A stretch of DNA of 64,000 nt from a virus (lineage: Duplodnaviria > Caudoviricetes): positions 10,165 to 74,164 of the IMG/VR virus record IMGVR_UViG_3300009678_000059; one strand, given 5' to 3'. The position numbers were made by a program, and so were the translations under genes. Positions 1 to 10,629 of the stretch are shown here, piece after piece. The notes under the pieces are model-generated. The model was not told where the DNA came from, did not search any database, and saw only the letters and a list, made by a program, of their open reading frames with translations. Every line of letters begins with the position of its first letter. Position 1 is the stretch's first letter.

Positions 1-224
1 TTACAAGCCATGTTCTCCACAGCATCGTCAAGATTGATGTTCTGAAGCGTCTTGTAGCCGTCTTTTGTAGGTTCCGGCATACCATATACAGATTCTATAA
101 GAACTGTCCTTCCGCGGTATCCCATGGTACTGGAAACAATATCAGCAAGCTGGTCTATACCTGCTTTCAGTTTTTCTTTGGCTTCAATTCCGGACGTGAT
201 GTCCTTTAAAATTTGATCGTTCAT
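1..224 (-). CDS. groEL: GroEL-like chaperonin, N-terminal part (runs off the window edge; not in the ORF track)
   Basis: Hand translation from ATG 224: MNDQILKDITSGIEAKEKLKAGIDQLADIVSSTMGYRGRTVLIESVYGMPEPTKDGYKTLQNINLDDAVENMAC. This matches the GroEL N-terminus (G.D.LAD.V..T.GP.GR.V; T.DG.T...I.L.D..ENM). Confidence 0.9.
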   Translation of the reverse strand, partial: MNDQILKDITSGIEAKEKLKAGIDQLADIVSSTMGYRGRTVLIESVYGMPEPTKDGYKTLQNINLDDAVENMAC

Positions 225-253
225 ATTAATATAGTGAATTTATATTTATAGCC

Positions 254-261
254 CAAAGATA
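254..261 (-). promoter_or_regulatory. Bacteroidota -7 promoter box (TATCTTTG) for groEL
   Basis: Matches TAnnTTTG, 30 nt upstream of the ATG at 224. Confidence 0.65.
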
Positions 262-309
262 TTAATATTTTTTTCATAGTCAACGCCTTACACTATAAGT
301 AAAAAATAT

Positions 310-317
310 TACTTTTG
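310..317 (+). promoter_or_regulatory. -7 promoter box (TACTTTTG) for the first late operon
   Basis: TAnnTTTG upstream of ORF 382, divergent from groEL. Confidence 0.65.
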
Positions 318-381
318 TTAAAGAGATAGACAGCATCTATCACTAATCGCAACAAACAAAACAAACAAAAAAAACAGCGAT

Positions 382-645
382 ATGACAAAATATGACTTCA
401 CGGCCTCGACTAATCAATTAGTTAAAACCGGCAATGTTTCAGGCGGAGATGCCACAAAGAGAATTCAATCATTTATGAGGCCAAGCATCAGTATGGCAGG
501 TACGAAAATCGCATTCTTTGAAAGCGGAAACTACATGTGCGCACTTCCTTTTTCAGAAATCGGAACAATTGCAGCAGCAACTCCTACAGATTTAGCAGAT
601 GCAGCAGCAAAACTTATTGCATTAATAGCCACTTTAACAGTATAA
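382..645 (+). CDS. hypothetical protein, probably virion-associated
   Basis: 87-aa ORF with an A-rich start context, first gene of the fibre/lysis operon. Confidence 0.65.
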   Translation: MTKYDFTASTNQLVKTGNVSGGDATKRIQSFMRPSISMAGTKIAFFESGNYMCALPFSEIGTIAAATPTDLADAAAKLIALIATLTV

Positions 646-649
646 GTCC

Positions 650-2275
650 ATGACTAAAATATCAAATTACGAACTTGACGAAACAATTTCAGGTAGCGAC
701 AGGGTAACAGGAACAGACGGAGCTACGGGACAGACTAAGAACTACCTTGTTTCTGAATTATCTACATATATATCAGATCAGGTTGAATCTGGATCTCAGG
801 GAGAGACAGGACCTGCGGGGCCGACAGGACCGCAAGGATCAGTAGGTCCACAAGGGCCAACAGGAACAACAGGTCCGCAAGGAGTAGCCGGAACAACAGG
901 TGCTGCTACAGTAGGACCACAGGGTATTCAAGGACCGGCAGGTCCAGTGGGCCCGGTAGGTTTAACATGGAAAGGTACTTGGAGTGCTGCTACAGCTTAC
1001 ATTTTAAATGATGCGGTGGGTTACAGCGGAGCTTCTTACTATAGAATTATTGCAGGAACAACAGCTACGGCTCCTAATATAGACACTACAAACTGGGCTT
1101 TGCTTGCTTCACAAGGAGCAGTAGGACCACAGGGGCCAACAGGAGCTACTGGACCAACAGGATCTGCAGGAACGCAAGGAATACAAGGAACTACAGGGGC
1201 AACCGGATCACAAGGGCTTACAGGACCTGCGGGACCAACAGGGCCGCAAGGACCACAAGGTATCCAAGGGATTCAGGGGCCGGCAGGAACTGTATCGATT
1301 ACTACCGGCGCTGTATTGGCGGTCACTCCTCCGGCGACAGTTACCCTGGGTTTTACACATAACACGGTGTCTACTTCAGCAGCAGAAAGGGCTGTTACAT
1401 TGCCATTAGGTTTTACGGCGGGACAAGAAATTATTGTAATGGCTAGTAATAATGCCTACGATTTTAATGTATTGCCGCCGGTAGGAGACACCATTTCTCG
1501 CATAGGAGTTTCTGCAGGTGTCTCAAGTATGCCTGTAAAAGCTAATGAAAATTACAGGTTTACAAAGCTAAGCGGAACTACCTGGAAAGCAGAGTCAATT
1601 GGCGCTTCGTTATCTCAGGTGCTTGGTGTTGGATCTGCCGCCACTAACAATTCAGGGAGAACTTTAGATTTAGGAGATAGTTCAATCCTTGTTCAAGGCC
1701 CTTCCGGACACAGTGTAACGATATTAGAAAGCACAATAGGTTTATTTAGTCCGGTATCAGGAGATGAGCTAACTATAAACACAGGAAGTATTGACTTCGT
1801 TAAAGGAGGGAACTCAGCTATTACAATATCTGCTGTCAATGGTACAACTCCAAGAAACATTCTTCTTCCTGACGCGAGTGGAACTGTAGCTTTGACTTCT
1901 GACATACCTACAGTAACTTCCGGAACATGGGCAGCTTCGTTTACACCTGTTCTCAATGTAGCCTCTACTTCCTACTTTAGTGTAGCTTATCAAAAAACAG
2001 GAAATATTGTATGTGCTACAATTGGATTTTTGGTAACTGTTACCGCAGCTAATACAGCCACAACGCTTACAATATCACTTCCGGTAAACAGATCAGGATC
2101 ATCACCGATACAGGTTGGATCTGGAACTTTAAAAAGGAACAACTCAGCGGCTGAATTCATACCTGTATATGTTGAATCAGCGGCTACGTCTACGGTTAAA
2201 GTTCAGTTTTACCCGACGCAAAACACTGATTACTACATAGGGTCAATTACCTTCCAATACGGAATCAACGTATAA
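650..2275 (+). CDS. collagen-like tail/head fibre protein
   Basis: Two Gly-X-Y tracts (GPTGPQG...) flank a [26 protein letters not shown]5/12-like module; beta-rich C-terminus. Confidence 0.85.
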   Translation: MTKISNYELDETISGSDRVTGTDGATGQTKNYLVSELSTYISDQVESGSQGETGPAGPTGPQGSVGPQGPTGTTGPQGVAGTTGAATVGPQGIQGPAGPVGPVGLTWKGTWSAATAYILNDAVGYSGASYYRIIAGTTATAPNIDTTNWALLASQGAVGPQGPTGATGPTGSAGTQGIQGTTGATGSQGLTGPAGPTGPQGPQGIQGIQGPAGTVSITTGAVLAVTPPATVTLGFTHNTVSTSAAERAVTLPLGFTAGQEIIVMASNNAYDFNVLPPVGDTISRIGVSAGVSSMPVKANENYRFTKLSGTTWKAESIGASLSQVLGVGSAATNNSGRTLDLGDSSILVQGPSGHSVTILESTIGLFSPVSGDELTINTGSIDFVKGGNSAITISAVNGTTPRNILLPDASGTVALTSDIPTVTSGTWAASFTPVLNVASTSYFSVAYQKTGNIVCATIGFLVTVTAANTATTLTISLPVNRSGSSPIQVGSGTLKRNNSAAEFIPVYVESAATSTVKVQFYPTQNTDYYIGSITFQYGINV

Positions 2276-2293
2276 CACAAAACCCCAAACACT

Positions 2294-2581
2294 ATGAAGG
2301 AGATATTAATTCAACTAGGTATTGACAAGGGCTTTTTAATAGCCGGTTTAGTCGGTGCTATCGCCGGAACAACTGGTAGCAAAAAACACATTTTAGCACG
2401 TATAGGCTCGATACTCATGGGTGTCGGGTGTGCTATATTCACCACGCCGTTAGCCTGTGACTTGATAAGCATTACTAACGAGCAGTCAAAACTCGGAATA
2501 GCAGTTGTTATCGGGTACTTGGGAATACAGGGAATTCAGAAAATAGTAATCTCTAAACTAAAGCAAAATGAAGTTATTTAA
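2294..2581 (+). CDS. putative holin
   Basis: 95 aa with about 3 hydrophobic helices and a basic C-terminus, upstream of the endolysin. Confidence 0.7.
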   Translation: MKEILIQLGIDKGFLIAGLVGAIAGTTGSKKHILARIGSILMGVGCAIFTTPLACDLISITNEQSKLGIAVVIGYLGIQGIQKIVISKLKQNEVI

Positions 2582-2807
2582 CGAAATGGTGTTAATCGCT
2601 ATCGCTATAGTAGCCTTGGTGAGCTTGGTTGTCGAGATGGAGGACCGCAGAAATTACAAACATGAGGCAATACTAAAAGCAGGCTTCGGGAGTCTTGCCG
2701 TTGGAGCTTTGACAGCTGTTTGTTATGAAACGATCTACTGCTATGCTTTCATGAATATGTGTTTCCTGGCAGTTTTGGTAATCAGATTAATATCGAGAAA
2801 AAAATAG
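2568..2807 (+). CDS. small multi-pass membrane protein (holin partner or antiholin candidate)
   Basis: 79 aa, three hydrophobic segments, between holin and endolysin. Confidence 0.55.
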   Translation: MKLFNEMVLIAIAIVALVSLVVEMEDRRNYKHEAILKAGFGSLAVGALTAVCYETIYCYAFMNMCFLAVLVIRLISRKK

Positions 2808-2811
2808 ATAT

Positions 2812-3393
2812 ATGGAATTACACGAAAAGTACAAGACTCTTTTTAACTCATACCACGTAAACACGCCTTTGAGGATTGCTCATATTATGGCGCAACTGGA
2901 AGCTGAATCCGGATTAAAACCTATTGAGGAAAATTTGAAATACTCTCCTAAGAGATTGGGAGAGGTTTTTCCTAAGTATTTCCCGAATGCGGAGGTGGCG
3001 AATTTCTATGCCAAGTCTCCGGCAATGATAGGTGCAAGGATTTACGCTAACAGAATGGGCAACGGTGACGAAAAATCCATGGACGGGTACAAATTCAGAG
3101 GCAGAGGTTTCATACAGACCACAGGAAAGAACAATTACCTGGTACTATCTAAAGACACCAGGATAGATTTTGTAACCAATCCGGACATGTTGCTGCAGGA
3201 AGCAAACGCAATGATTGCTGCCTTACATTACTGGAGCAAAGGAAAACTGAACACTCATGCTGACAATGACGATGTTGACGCGATAAGCGACATAATCAAT
3301 ATCGGGCATCATACGGCTAAGGTAGGCGACGCAAACGGCTTCAAACACAGGAAAGAACTGCTTGGCAAATGGAAAACTAAACTTGGAATCTAA
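2812..3393 (+). CDS. endolysin, glycoside hydrolase family 19 (chitinase-like)
   Basis: AHIMAQLEAESGLKPIEENLKYS, YANRMGNG and FRGRGFIQTTGKNNY motifs typical of phage GH19 lysins. Confidence 0.9.
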   Translation: MELHEKYKTLFNSYHVNTPLRIAHIMAQLEAESGLKPIEENLKYSPKRLGEVFPKYFPNAEVANFYAKSPAMIGARIYANRMGNGDEKSMDGYKFRGRGFIQTTGKNNYLVLSKDTRIDFVTNPDMLLQEANAMIAALHYWSKGKLNTHADNDDVDAISDIINIGHHTAKVGDANGFKHRKELLGKWKTKLGI

Positions 3394-3983
3394 TGAGTAA
3401 AAAAAACAAACTTCCGAGAACAACCGAGGCCGAAAACAGGCTTGGGAACAATACGATAATATTCGCATCAGTTTTTGCGCTTATAGTGTCGTTCCTGCTT
3501 GTGGGCTGCGGGGCAAGAAAGGTCAATAAGACAGAAACTGAAAAGACAGAAAAGACAGAACAGACATCTGTTTCCGAAGAAAAGTCAGTGACTGAAAGCA
3601 ACGTGAAAACAGAGGTTGTGACTGTTGAGAATTCAAACGACAGCACAATCACTGAAACTGTGGAAATAAGACCAATCGACAACACAAAACCGGCTTATTT
3701 TGACAATAACGGCAAAATAGAGAGTATTTCTAACGCTTATTTTTACAAGACCAGGACAATTAAGAAAAGCAAAACACAAAAGGCTCACAATGAGGTTTCT
3801 GAGTCTAAGTTAAATAAAACTGACGAAAAAGCCCTGAAGACAGAATCTAAAGTTTTGTTAAAAGAAAAGGCGGTTGCAAAACAGACGGAAAGAGAATCTT
3901 TGTTTTCATGGTGGTGGCTTTTGCTGATTATTCCGGTTGGAATCGCTATAAGAAAATGGATAAACAATGCCTGGTGGGTTTAA
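3393..3983 (+). CDS. unimolecular spanin-like lipoprotein
   Basis: Lipobox LLVGC near the N-terminus, hydrophilic T/E/K-rich body and C-terminal TM (LFSWWWLLLIIPVGIAI), directly after the endolysin. Confidence 0.7.
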   Translation: MSKKNKLPRTTEAENRLGNNTIIFASVFALIVSFLLVGCGARKVNKTETEKTEKTEQTSVSEEKSVTESNVKTEVVTVENSNDSTITETVEIRPIDNTKPAYFDNNGKIESISNAYFYKTRTIKKSKTQKAHNEVSESKLNKTDEKALKTESKVLLKEKAVAKQTERESLFSWWWLLLIIPVGIAIRKWINNAWWV

Positions 3984-4001
3984 CAAAATAAAACAACAGA
4001 A

Positions 4002-7000
4002 GTGACTAAAATAAAGAACTACGATCAGGATATAGAAATTGACCTTCAGGATAAACTTCTTGGAACAGATATAAACGGGAACCCTACCAAAAACTACCCG
4101 TTCTACAAGATAATCGACTTTTTGCTTTCGCAGGGAGTTGGCGAAGGAGGCGGGGACGTTTCCGGCAAGGAAGACAAATTCAACAAGGTTTCCACAGTTG
4201 CTGGAAACGAGTCAGATTTGGTGAAATATCCAAACACAAAAGCGCTTTATGACGGGCTTGTGGCCGCTGTATCCGAAGCAAACAGCTACACCAGCTCGAT
4301 TTTCACCGGTACGGCTCAGGACGACCAAGTTGTGCATCTTGACGGGAACGAAACGATAAACGATTTCAAGATATTTACAGAGCTGGTTACTGCTTCAGGA
4401 TTCAGGATACCAGGCGGTATTCCGGCAGGGTTCCATAAAGCAGACGGCTCCATTGACTACAGTGAGTACATCACGCTTGAAGACATACCGGAAGACGAAA
4501 CCCTTGTATTGCAGGCAACAAACAAGACCGGAGTAGCTATACCAAAAGGCTCTGTTGTTTACATTGACGGGGCGCAGGGAAGTAAGCCTACTATCGCATT
4601 GGCGTTGGCCGACTCTAATGTAACCACATCGCTGGCTATAGGTATAGTTAAAGATACCATAGCAAATAACGCAAACGGTGTTGTTGTCACAAACGGACTT
4701 ATAGAATCTCTTGACACCAGCGCATTTGCAGAGGGAAACAAGGTGTTTCTGTCTTCTGTTTTACCCGGAGGAATGACTACGGTTATTCCGTCAAGCCCTA
4801 ACAATGTTGTGGCTATAGGGACTGTAATTGACGCTCACGCCACTCAGGGTAAGATATTGGTGTCCATACTATACACGTCTAAACTTGACAGGCTGGTGGA
4901 TGTAGACGTAGATTCTGCCATGGATAACGACGTGCTTCAGTATAATTCTGCTTTGGGATTATGGGAAAACAGATCGGAACTGGAGATAGGCTCCATTCAG
5001 ACAGATTTAATCACAATTGGTAATACCGAACTTGACGAAAAGTTACTTCAGTTAAACAACGCATCGCTTTCTACCGGACTGTATGAATTCGGCTCAGGAG
5101 GCTTGACAAACAACTCATCCACCTCGTTTAACATAGGCAACGTAAAAGGATTTATTGTTGACTCTGATGACCCGTTGGATTCCAACCCGCTATTCATTGA
5201 TTATCCCGGAATCATCGGGCAGACGACTCCGTGGTTATTGTCTCATGCCGCTACCTATGTTTTAATCAAGCCTGATTTGACACCTATGCTGCTGAACGCA
5301 AGGCCGACGGTGACACAGAGGAAGGATAATATATTTTTAGGCGTTGTAGGCCATCCAAACGGGGCTATAGGAGGTATAGGAAACTCTCCTGACCTTATCA
5401 TGAACGTGATGTCACAGGTGAGGGCGATGTTTGAGCCTATCAGGTTCATTAACGGAGGAATTGTGTGTTATGCCAACGGGACCAATATGGCACTAGCCAA
5501 TACTCCGGGTAATCTTTACGGACTTGGAATCGGCTTTATCACAAACGGGAATGACGCACCTTCTGTACTGGCAGTTTCGGCAGGTACACCAAGTACGTTT
5601 CAGTACCGTACATATATAGGGACAGTTTTCGCGAATACCACTCTTATCGAGGGAGGGTTTTACGACCTGACGGGAGTAAGAACAGCTATACCGGGAAGCT
5701 CGAATCAGGCGACCAACCAGAGGATATATCTGCTTCAGAACGGCGCAATCAGGATACAGTACGGACAGAATCTGTATTCGACACTGAACAATGCAATATC
5801 TGCGGCATCAAGCGAGGTTTTCGTGGAGGTTACAAACAACAGGAGCCTTGGTATTTTGATCGGGATATTAGCGGTTACAAAGGGCTGTACAGATTTATCA
5901 GACGTAAATACGGCTAAGTTTTTATCCGTGAGCAAATTCGGGGAATCGAACATCGCTGCTGCGGGTATCGCTATCGGGACGCTTCAGACTGCCTACAAAA
6001 ACTCCCTGATACCTCAGATACTTGTTGACGACGCTTCAGGAGCTTTTACGCTGCAGAACGCAAGAGCCTTGAACACATCTACAATTCAGGAGTGGAAGAA
6101 TATAGCGGGGACTACTACGGCGAGTATTACGGGGAACGGTCTGCTGACTACGGCTGTTGATGCTTCGATTAATGGATTGACAGTTGGTAAAGGTTCGGGG
6201 AATATGTCCCAAAATACAGCAGTCGGAAATTTAGCACTAAGGGATAATGTCAGTGGGAATGCGAATACAGCAATCGGTTTTACGGCTTTAAAATTAGTCA
6301 CGACTACGGTAAACAATACAGCAGTTGGTCAAGGGGCTTTAGAGAATACGATAACTTCTAATAACACAGCTGTAGGATATGCGGCATTAAGTTTGAATTC
6401 TTCTGGCGCACAGAACAACGCTTTTGGAAGATTGGCATTAAGCAATATTACGTCAGGAAATGACAATATTGCAATGGGGAGTGCTGCTGGAAATTCTTTG
6501 TTAGATGGAGTAACCGCACATACATCAAGTACTCAAAATGTATTTTTAGGTGGCAACACAAGGTCATTCGCAAACGCTCAAACTAATCAAATTGTAATAG
6601 GATACCTCGCTCTTGGCATCGGCTCCAACTCCGTAGTACTTGGTAACGACTCAGTTACCAAAACTGCCCTGAAAGGAAACGTGATAATGGGCCAGACAGG
6701 GACTATTACTGACACAGGGGAAAAACTGCAGGTTACAGGTACTATCAAGGCAACGGCTGTCCACTCATTCATCGAGACAAACGTACAGGCGGGGACGACT
6801 TACATCCTGCTGGCTACGGACAACTGCAAGCAGATAATCACGACAAGCTCGTCTCCGGTTACAATCACGATTCCGACAGGTCTTGGGACAGGTTTCAGCT
6901 GCGAGGTATTACAGCAGGGAACGGGACAGGTGAGTTTTGTGGGATCAGGCACGACTCTGAGATATTCGAGTTTTGAGATGCCGAGCGTGGTTGAGATATA

Positions 7001-7076
7001 CGGAAGCGTGATAATAAGCAATATCTCGAATGTGACAAATGAGTTTAAACTGGACGGAGATTTGACGAGCCTGTAA
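4002..7076 (+). CDS. mosaic tail fibre/spike protein (GTG start)
   Basis: N-terminus (MTKIKNY..) resembles that of ORF 650; cement-like ATNKTGVAIPKGSVVYI segment; NTAVG/IG..AL beta-helix repeats; 1024 aa. Confidence 0.8.
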   Translation: MTKIKNYDQDIEIDLQDKLLGTDINGNPTKNYPFYKIIDFLLSQGVGEGGGDVSGKEDKFNKVSTVAGNESDLVKYPNTKALYDGLVAAVSEANSYTSSIFTGTAQDDQVVHLDGNETINDFKIFTELVTASGFRIPGGIPAGFHKADGSIDYSEYITLEDIPEDETLVLQATNKTGVAIPKGSVVYIDGAQGSKPTIALALADSNVTTSLAIGIVKDTIANNANGVVVTNGLIESLDTSAFAEGNKVFLSSVLPGGMTTVIPSSPNNVVAIGTVIDAHATQGKILVSILYTSKLDRLVDVDVDSAMDNDVLQYNSALGLWENRSELEIGSIQTDLITIGNTELDEKLLQLNNASLSTGLYEFGSGGLTNNSSTSFNIGNVKGFIVDSDDPLDSNPLFIDYPGIIGQTTPWLLSHAATYVLIKPDLTPMLLNARPTVTQRKDNIFLGVVGHPNGAIGGIGNSPDLIMNVMSQVRAMFEPIRFINGGIVCYANGTNMALANTPGNLYGLGIGFITNGNDAPSVLAVSAGTPSTFQYRTYIGTVFANTTLIEGGFYDLTGVRTAIPGSSNQATNQRIYLLQNGAIRIQYGQNLYSTLNNAISAASSEVFVEVTNNRSLGILIGILAVTKGCTDLSDVNTAKFLSVSKFGESNIAAAGIAIGTLQTAYKNSLIPQILVDDASGAFTLQNARALNTSTIQEWKNIAGTTTASITGNGLLTTAVDASINGLTVGKGSGNMSQNTAVGNLALRDNVSGNANTAIGFTALKLVTTTVNNTAVGQGALENTITSNNTAVGYAALSLNSSGAQNNAFGRLALSNITSGNDNIAMGSAAGNSLLDGVTAHTSSTQNVFLGGNTRSFANAQTNQIVIGYLALGIGSNSVVLGNDSVTKTALKGNVIMGQTGTITDTGEKLQVTGTIKATAVHSFIETNVQAGTTYILLATDNCKQIITTSSSPVTITIPTGLGTGFSCEVLQQGTGQVSFVGSGTTLRYSSFEMPSVVEIYGSVIISNISNVTNEFKLDGDLTSL

Positions 7077-7099
7077 GCATTTAATTTAAATAAAACATC

Positions 7100-7582
7100 A
7101 TGAAAACTACATTAACAGGAAGAATAGAGAGGATTAAATTGTTTATAGATAATGGATATACAGCAGACCTGGAAACAGGTTTGGTGTATAGTCCAAAACC
7201 AGGTACAGATGAGATGATAAAAAGAGGGTGTATTAATAATAAAGGTTATATGGCGCTAACAACAAAACTTAATGGTAAAAGCATCAAGTTGCAAGCGCAT
7301 CATTTTATATACTATTTAGCCACTGGAAAAGTGGTAGACGAATTAGATCACATCGACAGAACAAGACATCACAATGGAGTAGCAAATTTAAGGGAAGTAA
7401 CCCATAGTGAAAATCAGCAAAACAAAGATGAAGCTAGAGGGTATTACTATGTAAAAAAGATTGATAAGTACAGAGTTAAATTAATGACTAACGGTGTAAG
7501 AATGGATGTTGGGTATTTTAAAACCGAAGAAGAAGCTAAGCAGGCATATTTAATAGCTAAAAATAAATATCATATACAATGA
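7100..7582 (+). CDS. HNH homing endonuclease with a C-terminal AP2-like DNA-binding region
   Basis: AHHFIYY...LDHIDRTRHHNGVANLREVTHSENQQN; C-terminal YRVKL...VGYFKTEEEAKQAY. Confidence 0.85.
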   Translation: MKTTLTGRIERIKLFIDNGYTADLETGLVYSPKPGTDEMIKRGCINNKGYMALTTKLNGKSIKLQAHHFIYYLATGKVVDELDHIDRTRHHNGVANLREVTHSENQQNKDEARGYYYVKKIDKYRVKLMTNGVRMDVGYFKTEEEAKQAYLIAKNKYHIQ

Positions 7583-10050
7583 ATATAAACAGAAGATACA
7601 GACTGCTTTCGAGAGGAAAAAGCCCGTCAAAGGAAGCTATGAAGCGCACGTATAACCGCGCACTTCTTAATGGAGGTATTACTGTTGACTTCTCCGCAAA
7701 CATTGAGAATATCAGGGAGATTTCGCGAAAACTCGGCTACAACGTATTATCAGATGCAACTTTTGTTTATGTTCCGTCAAGCTACGGTGAAAGTAAAAAC
7801 TTTTCACAAAATCCTACTTTGAGGAATTTAGTTAAGTATAGTGAGGAGTTTGATAATGCGGCTTGGACTAAAGGCGGGGGAACAATAACGCCGAATGCGA
7901 TAGCCAACCCTATTGATGGATTAGTAACGGCTGATTTATATACGGAAGACAGTATATCGTCGCAGAAATTAATAAATAGTAGTTCTATTTTACTAAAACC
8001 TAACACGAATTATATATATAGTATTTACTTAAAATATAATGGTAGACAAACAGTACTAATTAACGCATCTGATGGGTTGGTTGGGAAAACTAGAACTTTT
8101 GATATTTTAAACGGCGTTATAATTGGGTCAAGTACTGATTGCAGTATTATTAGTGTTGCGGGGGGTTGGTACAAATGCACTATTACTAGGTTAATGGGGT
8201 CAACTGTAGGGGGCGGATTGTTATCAATGAATAACAGTACTTACGTTGGAAATGGAACTTCAGGGTTTTATATGTACGCTGCTCATGTTGAAGAGGGTAT
8301 TATCTCAACAACCTACCAAAGAACAACAGACGCAATATCCGACTTCACATTTACAAGGGCTACAAGTTCAACAACTACAAATAAACTAGGGGTTATTGAG
8401 GATAGTTGTTATAATCTTTTGCAGAGGAGTGAGGAGGTTGATAATGCGGCTTGGGGTAAATTTCAGTCAACTATAACGCCAAACACTACGACAGCGCCAA
8501 ATGGTACGGTAACAGCTGATAAATTAGTTGAGGATGTTTCAAATAATCGTCATTTTACCCGTCAAAACACTATAGGCAACGGAGGCTCATATACTTTCTC
8601 AATATTCCTAAAAGCGGCCGAAAGAAGTTTTGTCCGTTTTTGGGAGGACGTAAACACAGGCAAGCAGTGCTATTTTGACTTAACAAATGGGACAGCTAAC
8701 AATAGCAGTATGGATAGCACAAATATTACTTCATATCCTAATGGATGGTATTTATGCTCGGCAACAATAAATTCAGTAACTGGTAATTTTGGGTTTGCTG
8801 TAAATATAAGCACAAACGGAGTTACTACGTCCTATACAGGCGATGGAGTTTCAGGTATTTATATATGGGGAGCTATGTTAAACGCAGGCTCAACACCTAG
8901 ACCATACCTAAGAACAACCAACAGATTAAACGTTCCTTGTTTAGATTATAGCAGCCAGGCAAGAAGGAATCTTTTGAATTACAGTGAGGAGTTTGATAAT
9001 GCGGCTTGGACTAAAGGTAATACTAGTATTGTAGCAAATGCGATAAATGATATAAACGGAAGTTTAACAGCGGATAAACTAAATGAAACAGCAACAACTG
9101 GAATACATTCAGCAAGTCAATCTGTCACAATATCAAGTGCGGGAACATATACTGTTTCTGTATATGTGAAAGCAGCAGAAAGAACTTTTTTCAGAATAGC
9201 AGATGCTGCGGTTACTTTTGGTGCTATATTTAATTTATCTAGTGGGTCAGTCGTTTCAAACGCAGGGGCAAGTGTTATAAGCTCTGATATAGTCAGTAAA
9301 GCCGATGGGTGGTTTTTAGCGTCTGCAACTTTTAGCAGTACAACAGGTTCAAAAGGTTACTTTTTCGAAACTATGCCTAACGGTTCTACTATTAGCCATT
9401 TAGGTGTAGCCGGGAGCGGTGTATATATTTGTGGCGCACAGCTGGAATCAGGAAGCATGGTGACTCCTTACCAAAAGACCACGACACTTGTTTCTCCGAC
9501 AAAGGACGAGCCTAGTTTAGCGATAGAGCCGCAATCTACTAACCTAGTTCTATGGAGTGAAGACTTTGACAATGCGGTATGGCTTAAAGGGAATTCAACC
9601 GCTACGGTCAACACTAATTTAAGTCCATTCGGCACAAATAAAAGTTATTATTTAAACGACAGTAATGCTCTTGGTGTGGCTCACTTTTTAGAGCAAACAA
9701 ATAGTATCACTACAGCACTTCCTTATACCGCTAGTTTCTATGTGAAAAAAGCAACAGATACTTGGTGTCAATTTGCACTTGGTATAACAGCTTTTAGCGC
9801 AAATGTGTGGAAGAATTTTAATTTCGACACAGGACTGTTCGGGAATGGTGGCGCAACAGGGACTTGGACAGCTAAGAGTTTAGTTAATGGGTGGTGGATG
9901 ATTACCGTAACAAGTAACTCTATAGCAACAGGTGTCAATGTATCGGTAAATATAATCGCTACAAACAACACTGACTCTGCGACTAGAGGATTGGCTTATA
10001 CCGGAACAACTAGGAATTTTTGCGATGTATCAGCAATACAATTTGAATAA
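7579..10050 (+). CDS. repetitive spike/fibre protein, N-terminal fragment of a split gene
   Basis: Four (R/T)NLLxxSEEFDNAAW repeats, each followed by a carbohydrate-binding-like domain ending GxYIWGAQLE; stops right after the last AIQFE. Confidence 0.8.
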   Translation: MNINRRYRLLSRGKSPSKEAMKRTYNRALLNGGITVDFSANIENIREISRKLGYNVLSDATFVYVPSSYGESKNFSQNPTLRNLVKYSEEFDNAAWTKGGGTITPNAIANPIDGLVTADLYTEDSISSQKLINSSSILLKPNTNYIYSIYLKYNGRQTVLINASDGLVGKTRTFDILNGVIIGSSTDCSIISVAGGWYKCTITRLMGSTVGGGLLSMNNSTYVGNGTSGFYMYAAHVEEGIISTTYQRTTDAISDFTFTRATSSTTTNKLGVIEDSCYNLLQRSEEVDNAAWGKFQSTITPNTTTAPNGTVTADKLVEDVSNNRHFTRQNTIGNGGSYTFSIFLKAAERSFVRFWEDVNTGKQCYFDLTNGTANNSSMDSTNITSYPNGWYLCSATINSVTGNFGFAVNISTNGVTTSYTGDGVSGIYIWGAMLNAGSTPRPYLRTTNRLNVPCLDYSSQARRNLLNYSEEFDNAAWTKGNTSIVANAINDINGSLTADKLNETATTGIHSASQSVTISSAGTYTVSVYVKAAERTFFRIADAAVTFGAIFNLSSGSVVSNAGASVISSDIVSKADGWFLASATFSSTTGSKGYFFETMPNGSTISHLGVAGSGVYICGAQLESGSMVTPYQKTTTLVSPTKDEPSLAIEPQSTNLVLWSEDFDNAVWLKGNSTATVNTNLSPFGTNKSYYLNDSNALGVAHFLEQTNSITTALPYTASFYVKKATDTWCQFALGITAFSANVWKNFNFDTGLFGNGGATGTWTAKSLVNGWWMITVTSNSIATGVNVSVNIIATNNTDSATRGLAYTGTTRNFCDVSAIQFE

Positions 10051-10080
10051 CGCAACTATGATTTACCCAACGAAAATCGT

Positions 10081-10088
10081 TATATTTG
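10081..10088 (+). promoter_or_regulatory. -7 box (TATATTTG) inside the insertion, upstream of the HNH gene
   Basis: TAnnTTTG 14 nt before ATG 10103. Confidence 0.55.
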
Positions 10089-10102
10089 TAAAAAAAACAG
10101 AT

Positions 10103-10627
10103 ATGGAGGATTGGAAGTTCGTGAATGAATCTTATGAGATTAGTTCTAAAGGAAAATTAAGAAAAGGCAATTTTATACTTAAAGGCAGTATAAAGAAAAC
10201 AGGATACTTAGAATATTCAATGAGTGTAAAAGGAAAACGTATTTATGCATTAGCTCAAAGATTAGTAGCTATTCATTTTATCCCAAATCCGGAAAACAAA
10301 CCCGAAGTGAATCACATTGATTTCGATACGTTAAACAACGAAAAATCAAATTTAGAATGGAGTACTCGATTGGAAAACATAAGACATTCAAGAAGAAACG
10401 AAAGGTATCCTAAAAATATTTCTAAAAGAAGTGTTGATACTTTGAGAAAAGACAAGGATGCTAAAAGACACAAAATGAAGCCAGTAGCTAACGATATAGG
10501 GGAGATTTTTGAGAGTGTAAAAGAGGCTGAGAGAAAATACAAAAACGGAAATATTCATACTGCCATAAAAAAGGGATGGAGCTGTGCGGGAATGAAATGG
10601 AAGCATATTAACAACGAAAATAATTAA
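10103..10627 (+). CDS. HNH homing endonuclease (NUMOD4-like N-terminus) inserted in the spike gene
   Basis: MEDWKFVNESYEISSKGKL...QRLVAIHFIPNPENKPEVNHIDFDTLNNEKSNLEW. The start is likely ATG 10103 rather than 10025. Confidence 0.9.
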   Translation: MEDWKFVNESYEISSKGKLRKGNFILKGSIKKTGYLEYSMSVKGKRIYALAQRLVAIHFIPNPENKPEVNHIDFDTLNNEKSNLEWSTRLENIRHSRRNERYPKNISKRSVDTLRKDKDAKRHKMKPVANDIGEIFESVKEAERKYKNGNIHTAIKKGWSCAGMKWKHINNENN

Positions 10628-10629
10628 CT

